A stretch of DNA of 39,513 nucleotides. It comes from an uncultured Eubacteriales bacterium. Lineage in GTDB: Bacteria; Bacillota; Clostridia; Christensenellales; Aristaeellaceae. Shown in pieces: positions 15,061 to 24,145 of the stretch. The stretch spans positions 1 to 39,513 of the forward strand of contig CADBNX010000217.1 of NCBI GenBank assembly GCA_902796115.1. The letters run 5' to 3'. Position 1 is the first letter of the stretch, and each line of letters starts with the position of its first letter. The notes beneath the pieces were generated by a model. That model was not told where the DNA came from. It saw nothing but the letters and a program-made list of their open reading frames with translations, and ran no database searches. The translations under genes were made by a program, and so were the position numbers.

Positions 15061-15788
15061 GGGGAAGGGTGCATTCCGTTTTTGCGCGTACGGTCAATGT
15101 GATGTTCGAAGCGGGGGAAGGGAAGGAGCGTATGCTTTCCCTGTTCACGCCGGGGCTTCCCTGGGTACCGGACGCTGTCCGATGGCCGGAAACGAGCCTG
15201 CCGCGGGTGGAAATCGGCGTGCCCTGCCGTCTGACGGAAAACGAACTGACGCTGGACGGCCGGAAAATCCTGCTGACGGAAAGCGTTTTTTCGGGGAGAT
15301 GCGGCAGATTGCGGAACGTGCCTGAGCTGCGTGAGCTGGAGCGTTTCTGCGGGAACAATCCCACCGGGCTGACGCTGCTGCCCAAAGGCAGGATGGAAAC
15401 AGCCATGCGGAATCTGACCTGCGGGGAAGCGGTATGCTTCATCGGGCTCGGACCCGGACTGACGCCTTCCTATGATGACATCCTCGTAGGTTTTCTTGCG
15501 GCGCTCGCGGCGCTGGAGAAAAAGCCGCCATTTTCCATTACGGAAGAGGCACTGCAGCGGACGACGGACGTCAGCGCGCGCTATCTGCGGCTCGCCTGGG
15601 AAGGCTATTTCGGGCAGGTGCTGACGGATCTGCTGCGGATCCTGGGAAAACGGGAAAATACGGAAGCGGCGCTGCGAAATCTTGCGCGGATCGGTGCTAC
15701 CTCGGGAAGGGATATGGCAAGAGGGGTACTGGAAGGAATACGGTTCGGAATGAATACCCTTTCCGTAAACGGATCGCAAACGGGCTGA
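15045..15788 (+). CDS. DUF2877 protein (YlbF/AllH-like)
   Basis: GRVHSVFARTVNV N-terminal pattern and FIGLGPGLTPSYDDILVGFLAAL, the GxGxGLTPxxDD motif I associate with DUF2877. The start is uncertain: ATG 15045, GTG 15069, ATG 15108, or ATG 15132, which follows GGGAAGGAG. The track start at 14934 overlaps the kinase gene. Confidence 0.65.
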   Translation: MRGGRRGRVHSVFARTVNVMFEAGEGKERMLSLFTPGLPWVPDAVRWPETSLPRVEIGVPCRLTENELTLDGRKILLTESVFSGRCGRLRNVPELRELERFCGNNPTGLTLLPKGRMETAMRNLTCGEAVCFIGLGPGLTPSYDDILVGFLAALAALEKKPPFSITEEALQRTTDVSARYLRLAWEGYFGQVLTDLLRILGKRENTEAALRNLARIGATSGRDMARGVLEGIRFGMNTLSVNGSQTG

Positions 15789-15803
15789 CTGCGGAAAACG
15801 GAG

Positions 15804-18026
15804 TTATTCATTCCGGGTTTTTTCACGGTAGACACCGGCTGTGACGCCCTCGTTCTGTTTGAATTTGCGCAGGAAGTTCGGCACATCCGAATACCCGATT
15901 TCCCGGACGCACTCCGCGATCGTGTGATCGGTTTCCATGAGGAGGCGCTTGAATTCTTCCATGCGGAGCGAAGAAATATACTGCACGAAATTCAGACCGA
16001 TATCCTTACGCAGGCAGGCGGCGATCCTGCCCTTGCTCAGTCCCGTTTCATCCGCTACGGACTGGACGGACAGGCTGGGCTCTTTGTAATGGGCCAGCAG
16101 ATAGGTCATCAGAACACGCTGCTCCTCTCCTTCGGAGTGCTGCATCTGTTCGTGACGCCGGCGGCAGAGCGAATCGCAAAGTCTGGACGCCGATTCCCGG
16201 AAGTCGCCGGGCGAGGCAAAATCGATCAGGCTTTTCGTTTCTTCCGGGGTAATGGTGAGGCGCTCCTCGGAAGCGGTCCTGACGAGCAGCGCCGCGATCG
16301 CGCTTGCGTAATAGCGGAACACAAACACGGACGCGGAAGGCGATACGGAGGCGAGCAGATCCAGCAGGGCTTTTTTGGCCATTTCCGCATCTGCACGGCT
16401 CACCGCGCTGGAAAGCAGGGAAGAGGACATGGGGGACAGTTCCCGCAGCCGGGTTTCGGATTCTTCGTTTTCCTTTCCGCTTTCCGGAAGGAAAAACGCG
16501 AGTGAAGCGTCCTGTGACGAAGAAGCGGGCATCAGCGCCGCGGCGGCTGCTTCCGCGTAGGAATCCGTCATGCGCAGCGGATCGTCGCTGACGGAGCCGA
16601 TCCCGATACGGAGCAATGCGGGCGGGCGGATCGCAAGATGCGCAAGCAGCTGCCGCGCCGCTTCCTGTACGGTGCTCATTTGCGCGTCTTCTCCGGAATC
16701 GAAATTCAGGATCAGGCAGACGGCGCCTTCCTCCGGGTAATCGCCCTGGATGATCTCAAAGCCCGCGGGACGCCATCTGCGTATCGAAACAGACAGCTGC
16801 TCAAAAGGAACGGAAGCGGAAGTATCTTTCTGCAGGAGGACGTACAGGGCGACGAGCCATTGCTTCTGAAAATGCAGTCCCGCATAGCGGATGAGGTTCT
16901 GAAATTCCGCCCGATCCCGGATTTTCCCGTGGATCAGCCGATCGGTCAGCTGCTGCGTCACAAGGGGAGCCAGTTCCTCGATCTGTGTGTTGGCCGCTTC
17001 CAGCTCTTCCACGGTTTTTCCCCAGGAGGAACGGATCAGTTCGAGTTCGTCGGAGGAATAACGGCGCTGGCGGCTGCCGGTGATGTCGTTGGCCAGCTTC
17101 TGGATGGGTTTGTAATTGAAAAACGTCAGCCAACCGAAGAGCAGCAGGAGCATCAGAACCAGAAGGATCATCAGAAGCGTCATAAAACGCCTGGACGCGA
17201 TGGTGTCCCGGTAAAATACCCGATCCTTCGTGACCATGGCGCAGGTGAAACCGCGCTGCGTATCCGCGACGGTGGTCAGGATGAGATCGTCCAGCTTCCG
17301 GATGCCGACGCCGAGCTGCCTGGTGAGGAGACGGAAGGGAAGCAGCACATCGCCGCCGTGGTATTCGTACAGGCCGGTATAATCCGAGGAATAAAGGTAC
17401 AGGTCACAGTCGTTGATTTCCAGGTATTTCTGAAACTCGGCGTGAATGATCTCGCTGCTCATCAGGAAAATGAGCACGGTATTCTCCGGGCTGCGCACGG
17501 GAAACGGGGTGATGCAGGCGATCCCGGACGGTTTTCCTGCGGATCTGACCGGCAGGAAGGTCTGCACCCGTTTGGAGGAAATCGTGCCGAAAAAGAAGGA
17601 CATGGTCAGGTCGTATTTGTCGGAAACCTGCTTTTCAAAATCGGAGTACAGATATTTTCCGCTGCTGGTGTAGATATGCCGGTCACCGCGAAAATACAGC
17701 AGCGCCTGCGCGGATACCGTCAGGCGGTTTTCCAGGTTTTCCAGACAGGCGGTCAGACTTGATTCGGCGGCAGCCGAAGCGGGGGAATAGGATATCTGGT
17801 TGAGCACATTTTCCAGATCGCCCGCGTTCTGCGCCTCATTTTTCATGGCTTCGAAAACGCTGTTGATGTTCTGCGAGGCATAGGTGAACTTTTCGAGCGT
17901 CGCGGTGTTCACATAGCGCGTGTTGTTTTCATCGTTTGTTACATACAGAACCGTCAGAAACAGCAGGACGGGGATCAGGATCAGCAGGAATGAAATGAAA
18001 TAGCGGGCGCGCAGACTGAATTTCAT
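15804..18026 (-). CDS. membrane-anchored AraC-family transcriptional regulator (one-component sensor)
   Basis: 740 aa. TM1 is YFISFLLILIPVLLFLTVLYV. A ~260-aa extracytoplasmic region follows, then TM2 FMTLLMILLVLMLLLLFGWLTFF and a cytoplasmic linker. The C-terminal AraC HTH pair reads ...SVQSVADETGLSKGRIAACLRK... and ...IAECVREIGYSDVPNFLRKFKQNEG. Confidence 0.8.
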   Translation of the reverse strand: MKFSLRARYFISFLLILIPVLLFLTVLYVTNDENNTRYVNTATLEKFTYASQNINSVFEAMKNEAQNAGDLENVLNQISYSPASAAAESSLTACLENLENRLTVSAQALLYFRGDRHIYTSSGKYLYSDFEKQVSDKYDLTMSFFFGTISSKRVQTFLPVRSAGKPSGIACITPFPVRSPENTVLIFLMSSEIIHAEFQKYLEINDCDLYLYSSDYTGLYEYHGGDVLLPFRLLTRQLGVGIRKLDDLILTTVADTQRGFTCAMVTKDRVFYRDTIASRRFMTLLMILLVLMLLLLFGWLTFFNYKPIQKLANDITGSRQRRYSSDELELIRSSWGKTVEELEAANTQIEELAPLVTQQLTDRLIHGKIRDRAEFQNLIRYAGLHFQKQWLVALYVLLQKDTSASVPFEQLSVSIRRWRPAGFEIIQGDYPEEGAVCLILNFDSGEDAQMSTVQEAARQLLAHLAIRPPALLRIGIGSVSDDPLRMTDSYAEAAAAALMPASSSQDASLAFFLPESGKENEESETRLRELSPMSSSLLSSAVSRADAEMAKKALLDLLASVSPSASVFVFRYYASAIAALLVRTASEERLTITPEETKSLIDFASPGDFRESASRLCDSLCRRRHEQMQHSEGEEQRVLMTYLLAHYKEPSLSVQSVADETGLSKGRIAACLRKDIGLNFVQYISSLRMEEFKRLLMETDHTIAECVREIGYSDVPNFLRKFKQNEGVTAGVYREKTRNE

Positions 18027-18038
18027 GGCCGTATCCCG

Positions 18039-18893
18039 TTACTTCTGCAGTGCGCGTTCGAAGCAGCGCAGGATCTCGTCCGGTTCATAGGGACCCTTTT
18101 CGCCGACGCGCAGTTCAAACAGGAAAGGACCGCGGTATCCCGAATCCATCAGACGCAGAAACAGCTCGCGCCAGGGCACGATCCCTTCCCCCGGAAGCCA
18201 GTGGCGCTCGTCGATGCCGTCATAATCGGACAGATGCGTGGTGACGATCTGATCCGCCAGGGCGTCGAGGAACGCGGCATGGGTATCCCCGAGCAGGTGA
18301 TTTACGTCAAAGCAGATGGGAACGGACGCGGCGGCCATCATGGCGCGCGTCTCCACGGAGCTGTTCGCAAGGCAGCTGCGCGGCAGGTTTTCCAGCGCGA
18401 TCCGCGCGCCGAAGTGCTGCGCGTATTCGTCCAGTTCCCGCAGGGAGCGGATGGAACGCGCGATGCGCACGGGACGCTGCTCCGGCGCCACCGGTTCAAG
18501 GCAGCCATGCAGCACGTACACGCGCGGATGCCACGCGGCGGTGAGACGGATGACCCGTTTCAGGGAGTCGACAACGGCGTCCCGCTCCGATTCGAGGTAG
18601 TGCGCGATGTCCCAGCCGCGTCCGAACGGGAGGTGTACGCTCCATACGCGCAGGTTTTCCTTTTCCACCGCGTCCGCCATGGGCTGTTTCAGGGAAACCA
18701 GCCGCTCTTCCTGTCCGCGGCAGGCGGCTTTCGCGTCTTCCTCCGGAGAACGGACGGGAGATTCCGTTCCGGCAGAGCGCGGGATGCCGATCTCAAAATG
18801 CGTGAACCCGGCTTCCGCAAAGCGATGGACCGCGTCCGCCGAATGGCCCGAAACGGAAATGCCGAGCGGTGCTTCATAGCCCAGAAACTTCAT
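18039..18893 (-). CDS. sugar phosphate isomerase/epimerase (xylose-isomerase-like TIM barrel) family protein
   Basis: FTHFEIG..., ...VYVLHG..., ...IALENLP..., ...CFDVNHL... follow the pattern of the AP endonuclease 2/xylose isomerase-like fold. Start is at ATG 18893, preceded by AAGGAGG. The track start at 19025 is an extension into the upstream gene. Confidence 0.7.
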   Translation of the reverse strand: MKFLGYEAPLGISVSGHSADAVHRFAEAGFTHFEIGIPRSAGTESPVRSPEEDAKAACRGQEERLVSLKQPMADAVEKENLRVWSVHLPFGRGWDIAHYLESERDAVVDSLKRVIRLTAAWHPRVYVLHGCLEPVAPEQRPVRIARSIRSLRELDEYAQHFGARIALENLPRSCLANSSVETRAMMAAASVPICFDVNHLLGDTHAAFLDALADQIVTTHLSDYDGIDERHWLPGEGIVPWRELFLRLMDSGYRGPFLFELRVGEKGPYEPDEILRCFERALQK

Positions 18894-18906
18894 TTTTTTG
18901 CCTCCT

Positions 18907-20103
18907 TTAGTTGGATGATGTATGGATGTGCTCCAGAAAGTCGCCGCCCTCCTCATCCGGACCGACGGTGCTTCGTGCGAGGCCGAAGAGCGTGTTGTCG
19001 TAATCCGCGCCCGTTGAGCGCACACTCATTCGGCTGTTCTGCTGGGATCGGTGAAAGCGGAACGCGCGGTCGGCTGCTTCGAGCCCCGTCAGACCGTTCA
19101 GCGAAGAAAGCGGGTTGGACCAGTCGAGACGGATGCGGTTTTCCGGCCACAGATGCAGGTACAGCTTTTTTACCTGCCATGGGCCCCACACGGCTGCGGA
19201 ATCGGGACAGGCTGCTTCATCGGCGGATTGATCAAACGCGGCCAGTGCGCCTCTCGCCGCGGCAATGTGCTGAAAATGCCCGTACTCGCCGCCGATGTCG
19301 TGCGTGACGACGACCTCGGGCCGGTAACGGCGGAAAAGCGTTATGATCCAGTCGTTGACGGCTTTTTCTCCGCCCATGTATTCGTATGCCTCTTCCAGAC
19401 TCTTCTTATACTGATCGGGAAAGGGTCCGAGAATGGGATAATTCCGTACTCCCATGGACCACAGGCCGTTCAGAAGCTCCGTACGGCGCTCAAGCCCGCA
19501 GTCTGTCAGGTATGCGACTGCAACGGCTTTCTGCATCTGCGCCGTGTAGACAGGAATCGCCCCGCCGAAGAAAATCAGTTCGTCATCCGCGTGGGCGGCC
19601 AGGAACAGGATGTCCGCTTTTTCCGGAGTCTCTTCCCATACCTGTACGGACGGAGGAAGTTCGCCTTCCGTATAAAAACGGATCTCCGAGATTTCCAGCA
19701 TGGCAGGATCGAGGGATGCCAGCCTGACCGTACCGGAGGGAACGGGAAGACTTCCGAACGCATGCAGGAACGCGTGACGATCCTCATATACCGTGAGCCA
19801 GTTCCCGTTCTCATCCGGGATCTGCAGGCACCATGCGCCGGGGGCCTGCGTAAAACGGATCGTAACATGCGCTATTTTCCGGCCGGAGAACGCCTCGGCG
19901 GTCAGGAATCCGTTTCCTTCCCCCAGATAATGCCAGAAGGTGTACGGATTATCATCCGTCAATCTGTCCGCCTGCTCCCGTCCGTCACCCGGAATGATGC
20001 GGCAGTTTCGGGTAATGTCTTTCGCTTCCTCCGAGAAAGCTCTGCAGCAGAGCAGCAGGATACCGGAGAAAAGAAGCGTCAGCAGCCAAAGCTTTGCTTT
20101 CAT
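18907..20103 (-). CDS. secreted PIG-L/LmbE-family deacetylase with an N-terminal beta-sandwich (discoidin/CBM-like) domain
   Basis: Signal peptide MKAKLWLLTLLFSGILLLCCRAFS. A ~130-aa domain follows with W/Y-spaced beta-sandwich character. The PIG-L motifs are ILFLAAHADDELIFFGG (AHxDDE) and THDIGGEYGHFQH. Confidence 0.75.
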   Translation of the reverse strand: MKAKLWLLTLLFSGILLLCCRAFSEEAKDITRNCRIIPGDGREQADRLTDDNPYTFWHYLGEGNGFLTAEAFSGRKIAHVTIRFTQAPGAWCLQIPDENGNWLTVYEDRHAFLHAFGSLPVPSGTVRLASLDPAMLEISEIRFYTEGELPPSVQVWEETPEKADILFLAAHADDELIFFGGAIPVYTAQMQKAVAVAYLTDCGLERRTELLNGLWSMGVRNYPILGPFPDQYKKSLEEAYEYMGGEKAVNDWIITLFRRYRPEVVVTHDIGGEYGHFQHIAAARGALAAFDQSADEAACPDSAAVWGPWQVKKLYLHLWPENRIRLDWSNPLSSLNGLTGLEAADRAFRFHRSQQNSRMSVRSTGADYDNTLFGLARSTVGPDEEGGDFLEHIHTSSN

Positions 20104-20112
20104 CGCGCGGCG

Positions 20113-20388
20113 CTATTCGCCGCGTTCTGCGGCCATACCTTCGTCCTCGGACAGGACCCGGTACATTTCGGCAGCCTCGTTTTTCCTGGTTACTTCCCGG
20201 ACTTCCGTCACCTGGTAGCGCCCAAGACGGGAACCGAAGCGGATCTCCAGGATATCGCCTTCCTTCACTTCGGTACCGGGTTTGGCGATCCTGCCGCCGA
20301 TGCTGACACGGCCTCCGTCACAGGCTTCCTTCGCAACCGTGCGGCGTTTGATGATGCGGGATACTTTCAGATATTTATCCAGTCTCAT
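20113..20388 (-). CDS. rqcP: S4-domain RNA-binding protein RqcP/YabO (Hsp15-like)
   Basis: MRLDKYLKVSRIIKRRTVAKEACDGGRVSIGGRIAKPG...FG...YQV closely parallels B. subtilis YabO as I recall it. 91 aa. Confidence 0.8.
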   Translation of the reverse strand: MRLDKYLKVSRIIKRRTVAKEACDGGRVSIGGRIAKPGTEVKEGDILEIRFGSRLGRYQVTEVREVTRKNEAAEMYRVLSEDEGMAAERGE

Positions 20389-20423
20389 ATCTTTCCTCTT
20401 TTTACGTGTTATGGGTTCGAAGC

Positions 20424-21377
20424 TCAGAACGCTTCGAATACGCGCAGGATGGCGCTGTGCGCTCTGGGATTAAGCGTGATTTCTTGCTTCTGCGGTTTGA
20501 TGGCGCCGCCACCGAGCACTTTTCCGAGGGGCTTTCGCCCGCAGGTGCATACAGGCGCTTTCGGCGGGCAGACGCAGGGATTCTGGAGGGAACGGAACGT
20601 GTTTTTGACGACGCGGTCTTCAATGGAATGGAACGAAAGCACACACAGTCTGCCGCCGGGTCTGAGCAGGGACACCCAGTCGCGCAGCGCCTTTTCCAGC
20701 GGAGCGATTTCGTCGTTGACCGCGATGCGTACGGCCTGGAAGGTCCGGCGGGCGCTGTGCCCTTCCTCTTTCCGGCGCACGGCGGCCGGTATCGCCGCGT
20801 CTACGACGGCAACCAGATCCGCGGTGGTTTCGATGCGCTTTTCCTTTCTTTTTTCACAGAGCACTTTGGCGATCCGGGCGGCCCATTTTTCATCCGCCCA
20901 GTCATACAGCGCGCGCGCAAAATCCTTTTCGCTGACCTGTGCGAGGTATTCGGCCGCCGTAACGCCGCGGCTCCGGTCCATCCGCATATCCAGATACGCG
21001 TTTTCATGGTAGCTGAACCCGCGCTCCGGGCAGTCGAGCTGCCAGGAAGAAACCCCGAGGTCCAGCAGCCCGCCGTCCAGGGCGATTCCTTCCGGCAGCA
21101 GCGTGAGGACATCGTGAAAATTGCCGTGCAGCGCGGTAAAGGCGGGATCCCCGCCGAGCCGTTGAGAGGCGGCGAGGATGGCGTCCTGATCCCGGTCGAT
21201 GCCGTACAGATGACCCCGGCCGTGCAGTTCGCGCAGGATCAGCGCGCTGTGCCCGCCCCCGCCCAGGGTGCCGTCGGCAAAAATTTTCCCCGGAGCGGGC
21301 GCGAGATAACGCAGGATCTCTTCCGGCATGACCGGTTCATGATGAAAATCTGCGGTTTTTTCCTGTATCGTTTCCAT
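20424..21377 (-). CDS. rsmH: 16S rRNA (cytosine1402-N4)-methyltransferase
   Basis: HEPVMPEEIL, DGTLGGGGHS, GIDRDQDA, DLGVSSWQLD, SFHSIEDRVVK, and a NPRAHSA-like C-terminus. Confidence 0.92.
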   Translation of the reverse strand: METIQEKTADFHHEPVMPEEILRYLAPAPGKIFADGTLGGGGHSALILRELHGRGHLYGIDRDQDAILAASQRLGGDPAFTALHGNFHDVLTLLPEGIALDGGLLDLGVSSWQLDCPERGFSYHENAYLDMRMDRSRGVTAAEYLAQVSEKDFARALYDWADEKWAARIAKVLCEKRKEKRIETTADLVAVVDAAIPAAVRRKEEGHSARRTFQAVRIAVNDEIAPLEKALRDWVSLLRPGGRLCVLSFHSIEDRVVKNTFRSLQNPCVCPPKAPVCTCGRKPLGKVLGGGAIKPQKQEITLNPRAHSAILRVFEAF

Positions 21378-21418
21378 GGTTTCCTGTATCGGGCCTTTGA
21401 CGGATGCTTCCAGATGGG

Positions 21419-24133
21419 TTATTCCTGCAGCTCGCGCAGGCGCGCGTCCAGGGTTTCAAGCATCTGCCGGTTCTTCGCGATTTTCTCTTTCTCCGCTTCC
21501 ACCAGCTGCGCGGGCGCTTTGGCCAGGAAGCCGGCGTTGGAGAGCTTTCCTTCGCCGCGCGAGATTTCCTGCGTCAGTTTTTCCTTTTCCTTTGTCAGCC
21601 GTTTCACTTCGGCGGCGATATCCACCAGTTCGCCCAGCGGGATCAGCATTTCACCGGCCTGACAGACAGCGCTGACCGTTTTTTCCTGCGGTTTTTCATC
21701 CGGAGCAAGAAGGGACAGCGTGCTGACGCCGGCCAGCCGGGCAAAGGCGCGTTCCTGCGCGCAGAGCACTTCTTCCCATCCGGCAGTCGCGTGCACCATC
21801 AGCCTTGCCCTGTGGCCGGGCTGTACGTTCATCTGGCTGCGCAGATTGCGGATGGCGCGCACCATCTCCATGACGCCTTCCATCCGGGCGGACTCTTCCG
21901 GGAAATCCAGCGTCTGTACGGGGGCGGGCCACGCGCTGAGCATGCAGGAAGCGCCTTTTCTTCCCGGCAGACGGCCGTAGATTTCCTCCGTCAGGAAGGG
22001 CATCACCGGATGCAGCAGCTGCAGCAGCCCGGAAAGCACATGCACGAGCACCGCCTGCACGGTTTCCTTCCGTACGGGATCATCCCCGAGCAGCGCGTTT
22101 TTGCTCAGCTCGATATACCAGTCGCAGAATTCGCTCCAGGCGAAATCGTAAATCCGCTGCACCGCCAGGCCGTAATCCGCCTCCTCGAAATTGGCGGTCA
22201 CCTGACGCACAGCATCCTGATAACGGGTCAGGATCCATTTGTCCTCCAGGCGCAGGGCGCTTTCGTCCATCACGGGCTCCGAATCGGGCATGTTCATCAG
22301 CACAAAGCGGCTGGCGTTCCAGATCTTGTTCGCGAAATTCCGCGCCATTTCCACTTTTTCCGTGCTGAAGCGGGTATCGTTGCCCGGGCTGATGCCGAGC
22401 ACCAGGGAGAAACGCAGCGCGTCAGCGCCGTATTGGTCGATGATTTCAAGCGGATCGATTCCGTTGCCGAGGGATTTGGACATCTTTCTGCCCAGCGCGT
22501 CCCGCACCAGGCCGTGGATGACCACCCTGTCAAAGGGAGTGCGTCCCATCTGTTCGATCCCGGAGAAGATCATCCTTGACACCCAGAAGGTGATGATGTC
22601 ATATCCGGTGACCAGCGTGCTGGTCGGATAGAAGTATTTGAGATCCTCCGTTTCTTCGGGCCACCCGAGCGTGGAAAACGGCCAGAGCGCGGAAGAGAAC
22701 CAGGTGTCCAGCACGTCCTCGTCCTGCCGGATCTTTTCGCTGCCGCAGTGTTCGCAGCATTTCGGGGGCTGGGCGGATACGGTCATTTCGCCGCATTCGT
22801 CGCAGTACCATACCGGGATGCGGTGTCCCCACCAGAGCTGGCGGCTGATGCACCAGTCGCGGATATTCTCCATCCAGTTCAGGTAATTCCGGGCGAAGCG
22901 CTCCGGGACGAATTTCGTCTCGCCGTTTTTGACTGCCTCGATCGCGGGCTTGGCGAGCGGAGCCATTTTCACGAACCACTGCCGGGACACCATGGGCTCG
23001 ATGACGCTGTGGCAGCGGTAGCAGGTGCCCACCTCGTGACGGAGCGGCTCCACGCTTTTCAGGAAACCCGCCGCTTCCAGATCGGCCACGATCGCTTTGC
23101 GCGCTTCAAGACACGTCATGCCGGCGTATTTGCCGCAGTCGAGCACTTCGGGTTCGTTCACGGAAGCCTTTCCGCTCCGTTTTGCCTCCTCGGCCTTTTC
23201 GCGGTCTTCCTTTCCGGTCATCCGGCCTTCGTAGGTGAACACGCGCACCAGCGGCAGCTGATGGCGTTCGCCCACTTCATAGTCGTTGGGATCGTGGGCA
23301 GGCGTGATCTTCACCACGCCGGTACCCTTTTCCATATCCGCGTGTTCGTCGAGCACGATCGGGATCTCTTTATTCAGCAGCGGCAGGATCACATGGCAGC
23401 CGTGCAGATGCGCGTAGCGCGGGTCGTCCCCGTTGATGGCGACCGCCGTGTCGCCGAGCATGGTTTCCGGCCGCGTGGTGGCCAGTTCCAGCATCTCCCC
23501 GGTTTCCTTTACCGGATACAGCAGATGCCAGAAATGGCCGTCCTGCTCCTCATATTCCACTTCCGCGTCGGAGATGGAGGTATTGCAGCAGGTGCACCAG
23601 TTCACCAGCCGGTTTCCGCGGTAAATCAGGCCTTTCCGATAGAGACGCACAAAGACCTCGTTGACGGCTTTCGAGCAGCCCTCGTCCATGGTGAAGCGCT
23701 CCCGCGTCCAGTCGCAGGACGCGCCGAGCCGCCGCAGCTGGCGGGTGATCCTTCCGCCGTATTCCCTCTTCCAGGCCCAGGCTCTCTCCAGAAAGCCTTC
23801 GCGTCCCAGCGCTTCCTTGCTCAGTCCTTCCCTGCGGATCTGCTCTACCACCTTTACCTCGGTCGCGATCGACGCGTGATCCGTGCCGGGCAGCCAGAGG
23901 GTCGGCTCTCCCCGCATCCGGTGAAAACGGATCAGGGAGTCCTGCAGCACGCAGTCCATCGCGTGCCCCATGTGCAGCTGGCCGGTTACATTGGGAGGCG
24001 GCATGACGATGGTAAAGGGTTTGCGCCCCGGCTCGCGCCGCGCGGTGAACGCCCCGGAGGATTCCCAGCGTTCATAGGTCGTGTTCTCGATGGATGAGGG
24101 ATTGTATACTTTTTCCATATCGAATTCGCTCAT
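21419..24133 (-). CDS. valS: valine--tRNA ligase
   Basis: PPPNVTGQLHMGHA (HIGH), KMSKSLGN (KMSKS), and a C-terminal coiled-coil. Start is at ATG 24133 (MSEFDMEK), 5 nt after GGAGG. The track's TTG at 24145 lies inside the RBS. Confidence 0.95.
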   Translation of the reverse strand: MSEFDMEKVYNPSSIENTTYERWESSGAFTARREPGRKPFTIVMPPPNVTGQLHMGHAMDCVLQDSLIRFHRMRGEPTLWLPGTDHASIATEVKVVEQIRREGLSKEALGREGFLERAWAWKREYGGRITRQLRRLGASCDWTRERFTMDEGCSKAVNEVFVRLYRKGLIYRGNRLVNWCTCCNTSISDAEVEYEEQDGHFWHLLYPVKETGEMLELATTRPETMLGDTAVAINGDDPRYAHLHGCHVILPLLNKEIPIVLDEHADMEKGTGVVKITPAHDPNDYEVGERHQLPLVRVFTYEGRMTGKEDREKAEEAKRSGKASVNEPEVLDCGKYAGMTCLEARKAIVADLEAAGFLKSVEPLRHEVGTCYRCHSVIEPMVSRQWFVKMAPLAKPAIEAVKNGETKFVPERFARNYLNWMENIRDWCISRQLWWGHRIPVWYCDECGEMTVSAQPPKCCEHCGSEKIRQDEDVLDTWFSSALWPFSTLGWPEETEDLKYFYPTSTLVTGYDIITFWVSRMIFSGIEQMGRTPFDRVVIHGLVRDALGRKMSKSLGNGIDPLEIIDQYGADALRFSLVLGISPGNDTRFSTEKVEMARNFANKIWNASRFVLMNMPDSEPVMDESALRLEDKWILTRYQDAVRQVTANFEEADYGLAVQRIYDFAWSEFCDWYIELSKNALLGDDPVRKETVQAVLVHVLSGLLQLLHPVMPFLTEEIYGRLPGRKGASCMLSAWPAPVQTLDFPEESARMEGVMEMVRAIRNLRSQMNVQPGHRARLMVHATAGWEEVLCAQERAFARLAGVSTLSLLAPDEKPQEKTVSAVCQAGEMLIPLGELVDIAAEVKRLTKEKEKLTQEISRGEGKLSNAGFLAKAPAQLVEAEKEKIAKNRQMLETLDARLRELQE

Positions 24134-24145
24134 GACAGCCTCCAA

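Noticed and set aside
15791-15823. A possible intrinsic terminator for the plus-strand operon (CGGAA-14 nt loop-TTCCG, then GGTTTTTT) lying inside the 3' end of the convergent AraC gene.
   Set aside because: The stem is only 5 bp and the loop is large. The T-run is also coding sequence on the other strand. This is too weak to call without RNA-end data.
20113-21377. rsmH without mraZ, ftsL or pbp (the dcw cluster), and mnmG (25237-27009) without mnmE, rsmG or parAB neighbours, as a possible sign of rearrangement.
   Set aside because: Gene order for these loci varies among Clostridia. I see no repeats, tRNA-flanked junctions or mobile-element genes that would support a recent rearrangement.
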